Of a stretch of 64,000 nucleotides of DNA, positions 1-11,450 are shown one piece after another. The DNA lies in the NCBI GenBank assembly GCA_900088475.1, contig FLMG01003710.1:102578-166577 (forward strand), in the 5' to 3' direction. This stretch comes from Hyphochytrium catenoides (taxonomy: Eukaryota; Protista; Hyphochytriomycota). The notes below the pieces were generated by a model. That model saw only the letters and a program-made list of their open reading frames with translations. It searched no databases and had not been told where the DNA came from. A program made the translations under genes and the position numbers. Position 1 is the first letter of the stretch, and every line of letters begins with the position of its first letter.

Positions 1-903
1 TTCGTCCAATCCTTTCTCTTCAATCAGTTCCGCTCCTCGAACCATCTTTCCCCTCTGTGTGGCGTCTCTGGTCTCCCAGGCAGTCGGAGGAATAACAAGG
101 ATGAGGCCAAGAACTCTCTCAGGGGCCTGCAGAGCAGCGTAAATTGAAGTCGCACAGCCCATTGACATACCTTAACATAATGGAAACGTGTCAGCTATGC
201 GTTAACAAAATCAAAGCAGGGATAGGGACAAGAGAATCCAAAGCTTGAGAATACAGAGAACTAGTATTCCTAGAACTAGCAGACCATGGACTGAGGCGTC
301 CTATTGGATAGATGCAATGACGCAATCAGTGAGACGACATGAGCAAAAGCGTACAAGGTGGACGATAGAATAGCATCGCAAGCTGAGAGCCAAGCATCAC
401 AGAGTCGCCAGGAACATAAGCAAGGAAATAGATCGAGGCAGAATCGCTCAATTACCTCCGCAGACGAACTGCTCGATTCCGATCTCTGTCGTTAGAGCAA
501 GACAATCTCTTGCTAGATTCTCCCATTTATAATCCTCGGGCCTAAAGGTGCCCTGTGAGCCACCGTGGCCACGTGCATCATAGCGTATACACTCTACGCC
601 TTCCACTTGTTGCCATAATCTGGCAGAAAAGACTTCTGCCTCGTCAAGAATATCCATACAATTAAAGAGACCGTGCAGGAAGACAAGCGGTACTCGCTCT
701 TTTGAACTTGAAGTCGCCTCCTTGGCCTGATCATCTTTATCTTCGTATAACACCCTAGGAATACCAAGGAAGGACAAGGAGAGGTTTTAGCTAGAACATG
801 TGTCCTTGGCCTGCGATGAGACCAACAGAGTACATGCTGACCTTTCAACCTGCAACTCCACTCCATTAACGGCCACCAATCTCCTAGCTGCTGCTCCTTC
901 CAT
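1..903 (-). CDS. Alpha/beta-fold hydrolase (enol-lactonase-like), 3' end runs off the window; 3 exons visible
   Basis: Exons ~903-842 (MEGAAARRLVAVNGVELQVE), ~755-456 and 170-<1, joined by GT-AG introns. The spliced product has the LVFLHG oxyanion motif, RYDARGHG, the nucleophile elbow CGG|MSMG (GxSxG, split by intron 455-171) and PERVLGLILVIPPTAWETR. Confidence 0.85.
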
Positions 904-1888
904 GTTTCCTTTATGGACACTAGATGCTGTTTAGCGCTGCCTAACGTCCTCAGTGCGCTGTTTCTTGCGTGCCTTGAAGACTTAACATGGACCTCCGTCC
1001 CCAGATCTTTGGGTCTGTTGGCCTGTCAGCCTCCAAAGCTGAAGATCATCATCATCTCATCAGAATCCATCACCCACGCTGTTGTGACTAGTAGTAGTCA
1101 TAATAATAGCCGCAGAACTTGCCTGACTAGTGCCAAAGCATTTTGGGGTTATTGATCCAAAAGGCAAGAGGTAGTAATAAACAGAAGCGTGCAGACCTCC
1201 TCCTGGGGTATGGGCATCCTTCCAGCATTTCATAGCCAAATGCAGATCAATCTTTGTGATGTTTATGGAGCTGCGATGAAGGCTGGCGTCTCGCTTCATT
1301 GCGCCTGACGCCTGTGATGCACAGGCTGCATCTGAGAATCATTGGAAGGGGAACAAAGAGGCGTAGCTGGGATGAAGAGAGAGGCGCTTTTGCGGGGTTT
1401 TACCCTTACCACTATATCGATACTCTGTTCGCTGTGCATGGTATGAATGCGCTCCCTCCCTCATTCACTGCTTTATGAGTAAGAACACGAAGCGGCTTTG
1501 GAAGTGAGGCCCAGCGGCACAGTGCTTACCAAGGAGGTTACATCGCCCGAGCGACTAGCGGATCTATGGGGAGGTCCCTTTAGCAAAGTATTCCTTAGAT
1601 GCCAAGAAGTAACTTACGTGGCATCATTGATAAACCCTATAAACTCAATAGGTCAAATACTAGATCCTAGATGTGATCTCGACTGAGCCATGGGACCAAC
1701 GGCCGCCGACCACGCCTCCATGCTGGCAAGTCCATGGCCTTGGAAGGCCTTTAAGGGAAAGATGAGTATGGACGTTGATGTCCGATGAGCTTGGACAAGT
1801 TATCGGTAAACAGGAGCAATTCCTCATCTCTGTATTTGTTTCCAATGTTTCCATTGTCTCGCGTTCTTGCCTAGTCTGGGTTAGTTGA

Positions 1889-1942
1889 AGTTTCCGGGTG
1901 GCTGCTTCTTTCTCCAGTTTGCGGGTGGCTGCTTCTTCCTCT
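1889..1942. repeat. 27-bp imperfect tandem duplication (2 copies)
   Basis: agtttccgggtggctgcttctttctcc / agtttgcgggtggctgcttcttcctct; reads EEAATRKL-EKEAATRKL in the minus-strand ORF 1660..1998. Confidence 0.8.
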
Positions 1943-2185
1943 TCCTCATTACGAAACGGCGCAGCTGGCGCCGCCAAACTTGGAATTTGAGGTAGCACTC
2001 TGCCATAGAAGGCTAAAGAAGATGGGGTAGGCCGAAAGAATCAATCATTAACAGTGAAGCAGTGTGACAAGCGTGTCAAGGTCAGCAATGTACGATTAGT
2101 GAAAGAGAAGAGAGGAAGACAGGGAAACGAGTAGGAAAGCCCTGATCGAGAGTGGAAAGCTGGACCAGACAGAGAGAGAGTGCCA

Positions 2186-5100
2186 TCAATCGGGAGAGTC
2201 CAACAAGTCTGTAAGGGAAGCAAGCGGAAAGGAGGAAATGGCCATCAAGTAGCGGAGAGTCTGAAGACTGATGTTAGGGCTCTCAGGGCCCAAGAGATGC
2301 GAGGTTAAACACTTCAATGCCTCTAACCTGTGATCACTGTCGAAGCTCGTGAAGAAGAGGGAGAATACACCCTTGAAGGCTCTATATGAGAGAGTCACGT
2401 CTGTGGCTTGGAAAGTCGGTGACAAAATGGGAATCTCCGCCACCGCCTGGAGCACCTAAGGAGTAGAAGGATGATGGAATGAGGTTTGATGAGAAAGGAA
2501 AGAAACCTAAAGTATCTAAAGCTGTGGCTGACCAGCCCGCTGTGTACAAGCTCCTTCCTTGGTATATAAAAGACAAGGTGAAAGAAGACTAAGGAGGAAA
2601 TAGGAGAACAAATGGAGGGAACGAAACAGGATGGCAATTTGCAGACCTTCACTGTCAAATATCTCTACCGGTTTAGACCATGCGATGAGAACAGAATTTG
2701 ATGAGATCTCAAACGGTCTCCTCAAGAGGCTTACCTCGTTTAGCTCGGTCTGCTCGATATCCAGCAGAAGAGCGAATCGTCTCACGGTACTCAGGAGAAC
2801 TACTACTTCAGGCTCCTCGCTGGGGAACTCTGCGGTGGCCGTCGGGATTGCCTCGACCTGTTCCCCCCTCCTTTGATCCCCACCTTCAAGTCTTTTGTTA
2901 ATTTCAGATTTTCCCATTTTGACGCTGAGAATGGTGAACACGTCCTGGGAGTATCGTTCCCTAAGAGCAACAGGTAAGTAGGTAACCATAGTGAGTTAGA
3001 GAGAGACCGATAAGGTGCAATGGAGGTGGGGCTGACATCAAGGGAAAGCGCAGAGCAGGAGGTAGCGCAAAGGAGAAAGGGGGATCAGAAGGAGGAGCTA
3101 CGCATGAATCTTTTTCCCATTTGTTGTGCTTGCCATACTGGAGGTTGGTCTCTTTTGCTACTACTTCCACCCATCTTTTGTCTACCCATATCAGGCTTAT
3201 CTCAGTCTGTTAGGTTATCTGCATTTTCCCCGTAGCCGCCTTCTTAGAGATTCTCCCTTCCTCTGCCCATTCTCTCCTCCTCCAATCTCTTTGTATCAGC
3301 GGCCCTTTGACCCTGCAGGTACATCGAGACTGTAGGTCAAACACGACCGTACCAGAACTGCTTGCAACACTTAAAGTTGAGGGCGCAAATCATCAGCGTG
3401 GCGATTAGAAAGCTCTCGTAGGTAACGAAGCCAGAGCGTGTATGGTCTACACAGAAACGAATGTTAGCCTGAATCTGCTTAGAGACGAGAGGCCTCCAAG
3501 CCAGTTGACGCGTTCAGAAATAGCTAGAAATAGAAGAAGAAGCCTGCGGACAGCGACTAGCACAGCAGCTTGCCGACAACAGGAATGATTAAGGCGGAGC
3601 TTGCAACACCACTTTGAGGGTGTCCAATGACTCATAGGGAGCCCTATTAATAGCTAAGTAAAAGAGAAAGCGTATCTGCGGGAGAGAAATGCACTGACAG
3701 TCAGGGTAGCCGGCCCCACGACAAAAGAAGTGAGACGAACCTAAGAAGTCGAACATATTTAGACAGTAATGGTCAGGAAAGTCTCCAATATCCCTCAGAT
3801 GCCTCACAAATTCACACTCCTCCAGCACTGAGCCATGCTGACCTAGTGAGCCATCTGCCGCTCCGTTGGAGAAGGAAAGAGTTATGACGGGAAAGATCGT
3901 CAGAGTCCGAATAAAGTATAGAGATGAGAAACTGAAGATTACATCTGCCGCAGGAGGACTAGAGAGAGAAATTGGCTCATGTTGAGCTTCAGAGATTTTG
4001 TTCACCTCGGGCAGGTGTTAATGGTGTTGCCTAGGCACGGTAGCTGGAGAAGAGTAAAGGTACATAGCAAAGTGGGCTGGACATTTGGGAAAAAGTACCA
4101 GAGGTCAGCTTACCTAAGCCATTGACAGTAACATAGTGGTTCTGCTGCTCCTGCAGATACTTATAGAAAGCCTGCTGAACTGGCTGAGTCTGCAGCAATT
4201 CGAGGAGGATCTAGACCCAATGAGCGAAGAGGAGGGTGAGGCAGAATACCACCAAGAAGAAGAGGATAACACTTAGGAGTCACATCAAAACCCATACAGT
4301 CTGGTGGCGAGAGCTTCGAGGAAAGGAGAATATGTGAGAGGAACGATAGATTCCACCAAGAGCCCAATGGACAGCTCAGATGCAATAAAGAGTTTTGAAG
4401 TCTTTGTACTGCATCAGCTAGCCTTGCCTTGGGAGATTCCTCAGAAACCCCTGTTGATGTGAGCAAAGTGGAACAAGTGAGATTTTACTTCTCGCCAAGC
4501 GCCTGAAGAGGAGGCCCAGGCAGGCAAGACGATCATGTGAAAGGGAACTTACTCTCCCCAAGCGGCGCCAAAATGCTGTTGAAGAACTTGAGGTTGATCT
4601 GCGAGGAGAGGTGATGGTGCACGAAGGTAAGAACCTCTCTGTCTTGTCGACCATTGCAATGTTGCTGATCACTTCTATCGACCTTGAAGAGGCGAAACTC
4701 TTACTCTCTCTACTCTTTGCCCTTTTCTTCTTTCCTCTTCGACCTCCCTGTCAAGTCCTCTCAAAAGCACTCTTGAAGACGAACGAAGTCCTCGCCCATA
4801 TCATATGCTTTTCGGTTCCGCTCGTCACCCAATGCACTCAGTCATCTTGCTTAGTGGTACGCATATCCCCGACTAGCAGTCCTGCTCTTTGCTTACCTGC
4901 ATCCCTCCCCAGATGTGTTGGCTTGGAGCTCTTCAGTATGTTGTCTGCATTAGAAAGTAGTAACAATTGGGCGTAAGAGAAGCCCAGGGCAGGAGGACGA
5001 GCGATTGCTTCGAGAGTGTATAGAGTTGACGTGACTGCTTTGGTTAGTGGCAGACGGACCTAAGAGAGGGACGCTAATGCCCTTTAACTCACTAGGACCG

Positions 5101-5830
5101 TCATTGCTTCACTGATGGTGCTTCTCCTTGGGCCGCCAAAAGCAACAGCTTCGGTATTCTAATATGAAGAAGCATGACTTCCGCTATGATAGGTCATTGG
5201 AGTCAGCACACTCGAAGGGCACGTGTGTTCCCTCTAGACCTCGCATCCAGCCATAAGATAGAAACAGACGGCAGTAGTGATGTACCAGGATGCCAGGGCT
5301 GATAGAGAGAGACAGGTTGATAAGCTCATCAAACCGCTGAGGTGCGCTGACAGCTCTAAAAGCTCGATAAATGACCTTTCGACGATTGGCAGCATGGAGC
5401 TTCCCCGCTATTGCGACTATCTAAGGGATTTTTTGCTGTTCACGCCCAAGCTTTGTATAGACCGCTCAGTTTCTTGAGTGTAAAACAGACATTATGGGGA
5501 CGTGGACGACGCTGAGTTGCTATGATTGTACCTCTGAAGCCACTTGCGGCAGATCGCAGTTCTGGGATAGCTGGCGAAGACTGGAAGATAGAGCTGCTGA
5601 TGTTGGGATAAGCGATGGAGATTGCTTGCTGCTCCCTTTACAAGGACGGAGGACCGAGAAGATCTCCGTAAGAAGCTTACGCCACGCGTCAGTATGTGAA
5701 GGTTAGCCAGTGGACAGGTAGTGAAGACAAAGGGAGAGCGCAAGGCAGTCAGCCGGGGGTCCTGCTGAGAAAGCCTGTGAAGGACATCTAATTCTTTGAG
5801 AAGCATATGTTTGATGTGTTCAACTGCAAA
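2186..5830 (-). pseudogene. Probable decayed, intron-containing gene of unknown family
   Basis: Exon-like blocks with AG/GT borders (e.g. ctag|ILLELLQTQPVQQAFYKYLQEQQNHYVTVNGL|gtaagc ~4210-4114; ag|..ERYSQDVF..TELNE|gtaagc ~2960-2736; ag|VLQAVAEIPILS.. from ~2455). Neighbouring blocks carry in-frame TAA/TAG/TGA. No recognisable domain. Confidence 0.35.
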
Positions 5831-6127
5831 GGTGATGTGTGTCTTATATGGCTATTTTTGCAATCAATTTTCTCTCCCACCGCCTAGCTTTATCCCCAAA
5901 AAGCCTAAAGAAATAGGACGCCTTCCTCCCCTGGCTCAAATAGTACAGATGCTGCCTGGATGCATGCAGGTATCTTCTGCTTGGTGTCTCAAAGTCAGAT
6001 ATACATATAGGCCTGTTGGTATGCTTGGCGGCCGAAGGACAGGGGCGCCCCATAGAAACGCTGACCAATTTGGCTGGTGGCAGACCTCGCATGCGCCAGA
6101 CGAAAGGGAGACTGGTGTGGGTTGAGT

Positions 6128-6675
6128 TTAGATATCATCGAAGTCAAAGCCAATGTCGTCGTCATCGCCTCCTTCTAAGCCGCCTGCACCCTCGGCTGAG
6201 ATTTCATTGATTCTTGCTGACTCTGGAAGTTCTCCGTATGCCTTTAGTTGACGAGCTTCATCTGCATTGTACTTGTGGATGACGTCCACCTTTCCATCCT
6301 GGTACTCACGCAAGCTGACGAGAATGATATCTCCAGCGCTAACCCAGACCTTCTTACGCATCTTTCCACGAATATGGCCTAGACGTGTGGTACCGTCGAA
6401 GCAATAAGCCTCCAAACGGCCATTACCAAGCATTCTGATGACCTGGGCGTATTCTGAGCGAATAGAGTGGAACGCAAGCGAATCGGGAAGAGTCAGATTA
6501 TGAATATATGAAGCATTAGAAAGTCTTTCAAAGCAGAGAAGAGATAGTTGCATATTACTGCGCAGAAGAGCGTACCTTGGCCATCCTCTTTGAATTCGAG
6601 CTCACGTTTGTTTTCCTCGTTCTCGTTCTTGCCTCTACGTCTGTTCTTGCCACCCTTTCCCTTATTCTTCGGCAT
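6128..6675 (-). CDS. EIF1A: Eukaryotic translation initiation factor 1A, 2 exons (6675-6576, 6453-6128)
   Basis: [25 protein letters not shown]|[38 protein letters not shown] plus acidic tail; intron 6575-6454 is GT..CAG. Confidence 0.98.
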
Positions 6676-6909
6676 GGTTACTACTGAAATAGAGGAGCGT
6701 TAACTTCTAGAAAAGATCAATATCTCCAAATTTGCCCCTTTGGGAACAAGACCGACAGGACGCAACTACAGAGCCTACTGCCGGGCATGTGAGACTACCC
6801 GACCGTGAAAAGGACGTTTCTAGTTCTATATCTCACCTGTAAGCTTCTTTTACTTCGGTAAACCAGGTATCTCTTCGATTTTCAATATCCGAGCTGATTT
6901 CGCTGCTTA

Positions 6910-6933
6910 TGCAGATTGCAATCTGCAGATTGC
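6910..6933. repeat. Overlapping perfect palindromes upstream of eIF1A (candidate regulatory site)
   Basis: tgcagattgcaatctgca (18 bp, 6910-6927) and gcaatctgcagattgc (16 bp, 6918-6933) are both self-complementary. They lie ~235 bp upstream of the eIF1A ATG. Function is inferred only. Confidence 0.6.
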
Positions 6934-7812
6934 CAGATGAGCTTTATTGGGCCCTATTCTGAAGACTGCGGAGACCTTAGCATTGTGTTCGCAGTTGGAC
7001 GCGCCCGTCCTCCGCTACCCAACCACCACAACATCTCTAAGAGGCCTCATAACTCCGATATTGCTGTCCATATCTGGGCCTAATTAGGAGCTGTACTCTT
7101 CCAAGAACTGGTGAGCACTTACCCATTACCACAGTCAGCTAAAGGCGGAGTATGGCCTCGGAGTATGTGGATCAGGAATGTGGATGGGCTGATTGGTGCA
7201 GCTTGATCTTTTGAGCTCTGTACTTTCGGGTATTCCCGAATATAGTATGCGAAGAACGATGATGATAATGATGATGACGCCAAGGAGTTGAGTATATCAC
7301 GGTCAGTGTTGTTTATTAGTAGTCTGGTCTGCTTGATTGGGGGTCTATTATGTCAGTTGTTTGTCCGTCAGCGCGAGCAGCTGGTTGGTGCGGTGGTGCA
7401 GACAATACAAGGAGGAGTCATGGCAACCTACTACTAGTAGGCAGCAGGCGAGCAACCGCTGCGTAAAGTTCTTCCTTCGCCTATTATTTTCTTTTGGATA
7501 GCTCCGCAAGTAAAACTGATCCCGTTGATGGGGAATGGTGGTGTCTGTCAAACAATCTCTGTGAAACAGAGAATCAAAAAGAGGTGTGGGGCCCTCCGCC
7601 TTCAATCCCACCTCGTCCTTTATTTTAGTAGCTGCTGCTGCTTGCCGTTTATTCCCGCGTCGTCTAAACAGCGACGAATAATAGTAATAAGTAAGTTGTC
7701 TTATTGCTGGAGGAGAGGTAGTATGTGGCATTGATGATAATAGTTCTATGCTACTTCATTGCGGATTGCTATCCTCTGAAGACTTATAGTTGCTGTATGT
7801 AGAAACAACTAC

Positions 7813-8541
7813 TCACAAAAAGAAGAACAAGAAGGAAGAGGAGCCGAAGAAAGGACAAGCTACGAAAGCTTGGCTTCTTCTTGGACTCTGTCCTCCGCCA
7901 CCACCCTTACGAAAGGAAGAATCATAGTTGATGTCCTTAACAATAATCAACAATAGAAGAGGGAAAAAGACAATAAAAGGCACCAAGACTATCATCACTC
8001 TCTGCCAGTATTCTTATATATTCTGGACGAGGATCTTGATGAGTAGCTCTCGTTCGTCTCAAAGTCAATACAATGGAAGAAGCCACCTGCTCTTCATGCA
8101 AGCAAGCTGGAGATCTTGCTGGCCGTAGCCTTGCACCTAAAAGGGAGAATTGTCCAGTATTCATCATGTATGTATCCTTTACATCCTTATTGCAATAGAC
8201 AGATTTACTGAAGAGGGACACTTGAAGAAGTATGATGATGTCCTCTGCGAGCTGGTGGTACAAAGTTCTGACACCACCTAATTCTTCAATAGGCACTACT
8301 TTCCATCCCCTGGTAAGGAGTCTGACCAGAAGACTCGTTCTAAATGATTTAACGAGATGTTGTCGTCTCTGGCCGTAAAAGCCCCTTCTTGATTACTGGT
8401 CAACTCCGTCGACCTGACAGAGAGATGTCCGGTGTGTGGAGAGGAGATCTTGATTCTAGCAAATTCTATCTCCATACATCTTCTTCCCATTCCTGCATGA
8501 TAGATGTTTATATCTGCTGCAATACCACAATGTAAAACCAT
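7813..8541 (-). pseudogene. Possible decayed ORF remnant
   Basis: Abutting ORFs 8296..8541 and 7937..8296. After ttag| there is an alternative frame VQGYGQQDLQLACMKSRWLLPLY*L*DERELLIKILVQNI*EYWQRVMIVLVPF with three stops. No family recognised. Confidence 0.2.
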
Positions 8542-9654
8542 TGTAACGCCGGGATTTAGTTATGAGAATAAAGAACCGTGACAACAACTTGATGCGGAAG
8601 AAGATGCTAAAAGGCCCCAGTGGAGGCAGGCGACAACGAAAAGAAGAACTGCTGTTAACTTTGTTCACCACCGAGTAACGCAACTAGTGGCGACAGTCGC
8701 AACCGCAGCAGCTGCTTTCAAACATCGATGGCGGCGACAAGAAGGGGGATTGATCGCTACTTACGTTAACCAAAACTCCTCCTTCACCTCTTCTTCCTCC
8801 ACTTCTCATTCGATCCCCCAAGATCCTTACACCCTTCTTACGCCCTGCCTCTTCCTCTTGTCCCCTCCTCTTCTTTTCTCGCTGGCAAGGTCCTCCCTTT
8901 GTTGCGGTAAGGTGTACAACGCGAAGCCTTCAAAGTTGCATAGGTATGCCTCTTTTTATGAAAGGACAGAAAGAAGGTACCTCCTAATCGTCATTCCTCC
9001 CTACCAGTTGTCTTCCTGGCTGCCTCCTCATGTTGTTCTTGTGCACCTTCTACTACCACTCCAAGAAGTAGCATCCATGGGTAACGAAGCACTATGATCA
9101 AGGAGTCATCATTGTTGTTGAAGAACAAGAACGAGGAGCGTCTCCAAAACACGACGGACGAATGATAAAAGACCAAGACCCTAATGATGGACTTCCTTCT
9201 TCTGTCTTCTCTTCTTTCTGATCTTTCATCGTGTTCCCTAACTACTCAAACCACCTCCTGCACAGTGTAAAGGCTTTTAGACCTTTCGATGTTCCCGGTC
9301 CAGACACGGCCAACACACAGCCGCATGAACTTCCTAACTTCAACCAGAACAAGGCCCGGACGATATGTACAAGCCAAGGTACAAGCTGGTATACATCCTA
9401 CTGCAGTTCTTTCTGTCCTCAACCTTTTGGTCTGTGTTGATTGGTAATAGCTGTATTATTGCCAGACAGGTTTGGCACAAATAGCGGAATGATCCTTAAT
9501 AGGGCTGATGAGGGATGAGGAAAGGAGGCAAAGGTGTGACGAAGGGTTGTGAGATTGATCCAATCAGAGAAACACCGCCTAAATCATTCATTTCCTTCCA
9601 TTTATTCCATTATTGTTCCCTTTTATTAACTTAGTGAACTCTTGCAATGAATGA

Positions 9655-10779
9655 ATGTTTCATTCCGAAGTGGTCAAATCTCCTCAACAAGAAACAGAAG
9701 AAGTTTCCTTGAATTCTTGCGGCGAGCGGCGCCAATCCCAGACAGCCCCCTGCCATCATCATCATCATCAGGCCTTTGAAGAGATAGAGCGCGGGCAAAG
9801 AGCTGCAAGGGCCAAGAAGAAGAGGAAACTCTTTCTAACAGCTGCAGAACGATCACGACCGAACTTCTCCCCGTCTTGGCACACGACATACTACTCAGTA
9901 CACTGGTGACCTCGCACCTGCCCGGTCATTGCAGAATATTGCCTACTCGGCCGACGACACAACCGCATAAAGGTCCTTTCGCGGACTGAAGAAGACTTCA
10001 AGGGACGTCTTACATTAAGCACTGGACTTTCTCATCATTGAAAGCGGACGTACTAGACTCAAGGACCGTCAAGGAGCAATACCAAAGCCAAGTTGAGCAA
10101 GTGGGGGAAGTCATTGCGTTTGAAGTGCCATCACCAAAGCGATAGACACGACATTGTGTTAAAGCAGTACAGTCGCTAGACTTAAGGCTGCTGGTGGAAC
10201 TTCTGCGCGGACGTTGACTGTATTGCCGAGACATAACGAGCAGCAGAGAACTTGGAACGACTGGCACGAAAAATGTTCTCCTCTATTATGAGTTTCGCAT
10301 TTGGGAAGCCCGAGCAGTACAGGAAGAACCGCCACAGAAAGCCTGTGAAAGGGAGGACAGTAATCAGTGCAACAGACAGAGAGAGGGCTCTTTCCGAGTG
10401 CGAGATTGATGATGGCGCTTGGGTGCTAGTAGGCACCAAGGCACCGCCTACGTCATATGCTGCGGTAGCGGCATCGGCAGTGCCATCATCCAAGATTTGG
10501 CCCTCACCTTCAACGAGCAGCGGACCTGCTTCAAAGGATAGAATGTCAAACTGGTCAACCCATACGAAACAAAATGAGGGCAGGAGACGAAATAAGGAGA
10601 GAATAGAAGCAACCCCTTCTTTCCATACAGTGGGGGTCGCAGCGTCTGGAGCGGTCACCTCTCGGATTTCTCTGAGCAAGCCCCCTTCAGCTCCAGAAGT
10701 TGAAGAAGGCGGTCTCACTACTATTCCCCTCATAGATGAGGAAGTTGTTATCTCGGTGGATGAGCTGGCTCAGTGCTGA
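9655..10779 (+). pseudogene. Possible decayed ORF / hypothetical protein remnant
   Basis: ORFs 9655..9909 and 10252..10779. The intervening frame (..KEQYQSQVEQVGEVIAFEVPSPKR*TRHCVKAVQSLDLRLLVELLRGR*LYCRD..) looks protein-like but is interrupted by stops. No domain recognised. Confidence 0.25.
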
Positions 10780-11450
10780 ATCTCATCATTGTCTCTTCTG
10801 TATAGTTCTGTATCATAGGTGTAATTATCTCTTATTACTGCTTCCTCCATCGGGGCTATTGCCCCCCAAATCTTTCTTCATAGAGATCGAACGAAGGCTA
10901 TTGGTAGGATGACGACGGCAAATAATTAAAGTTCGACAGAAGGCTTCTTTCCAATGTGTAATAACTGCTTTTGATCACCGCAATGCTCTCGCATCTCTTC
11001 TCTCCAACTCAGCCCCACCTCGCGGGCTGACGAGCAAGGATCTGGCAATGCAGAGGCGTCCACGCAGGTGAATGGAGAGGTTCTTTCACTACACTCAGTG
11101 CGACCACCTGCTCCTCCTGATTATTTATTAGCTCAGACTCAAGGGCCTCTTCTCCTTTTAGCATGTGAGAACATACCTCAAAGTCAAAGAATCATCACTG
11201 CTGACCGCTAACCGTAAGGATATGCGACAATTGATGACTGCAGAAAATGAGACTCCAAGAGCTATAAAGGCCCAAGAAGGATCGTTGTTATGATCTCTGT
11301 TGATGCTGGTCGGCAGTGTGCGGCGGTGCAAGTGAAGAGTGAACAGTTTACTAGCTCTTCATCTGCCCAGTGCAAGCACGGCCCGTAAGGAGCCTTGACA
11401 GCTTTGATTGTAGTGGCAAGAAGACGACATTAGAAGCAAGCGAGCTGAGT

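Noticed and set aside
4780-4835. J-domain-like end (LGDERNRKAYD)
   Set aside because: No HPD motif or upstream J helices found; too short to call.
1600-5800. LINE/LTR retroelement
   Set aside because: No YxDD, endonuclease, integrase, zinc-knuckle, LTR or poly(A) signature found; the blocks have splice-site borders instead.
2186-10779. Stop-codon reassignment (TAA/TAG = Gln) as an explanation for the in-frame stops
   Set aside because: Conserved genes here (eIF1A, KYAT, SEC63, SMARCD) have no internal stops in the exons I assembled and terminate on TAA or TGA; other genes end on TAG. Pseudogenisation is simpler.
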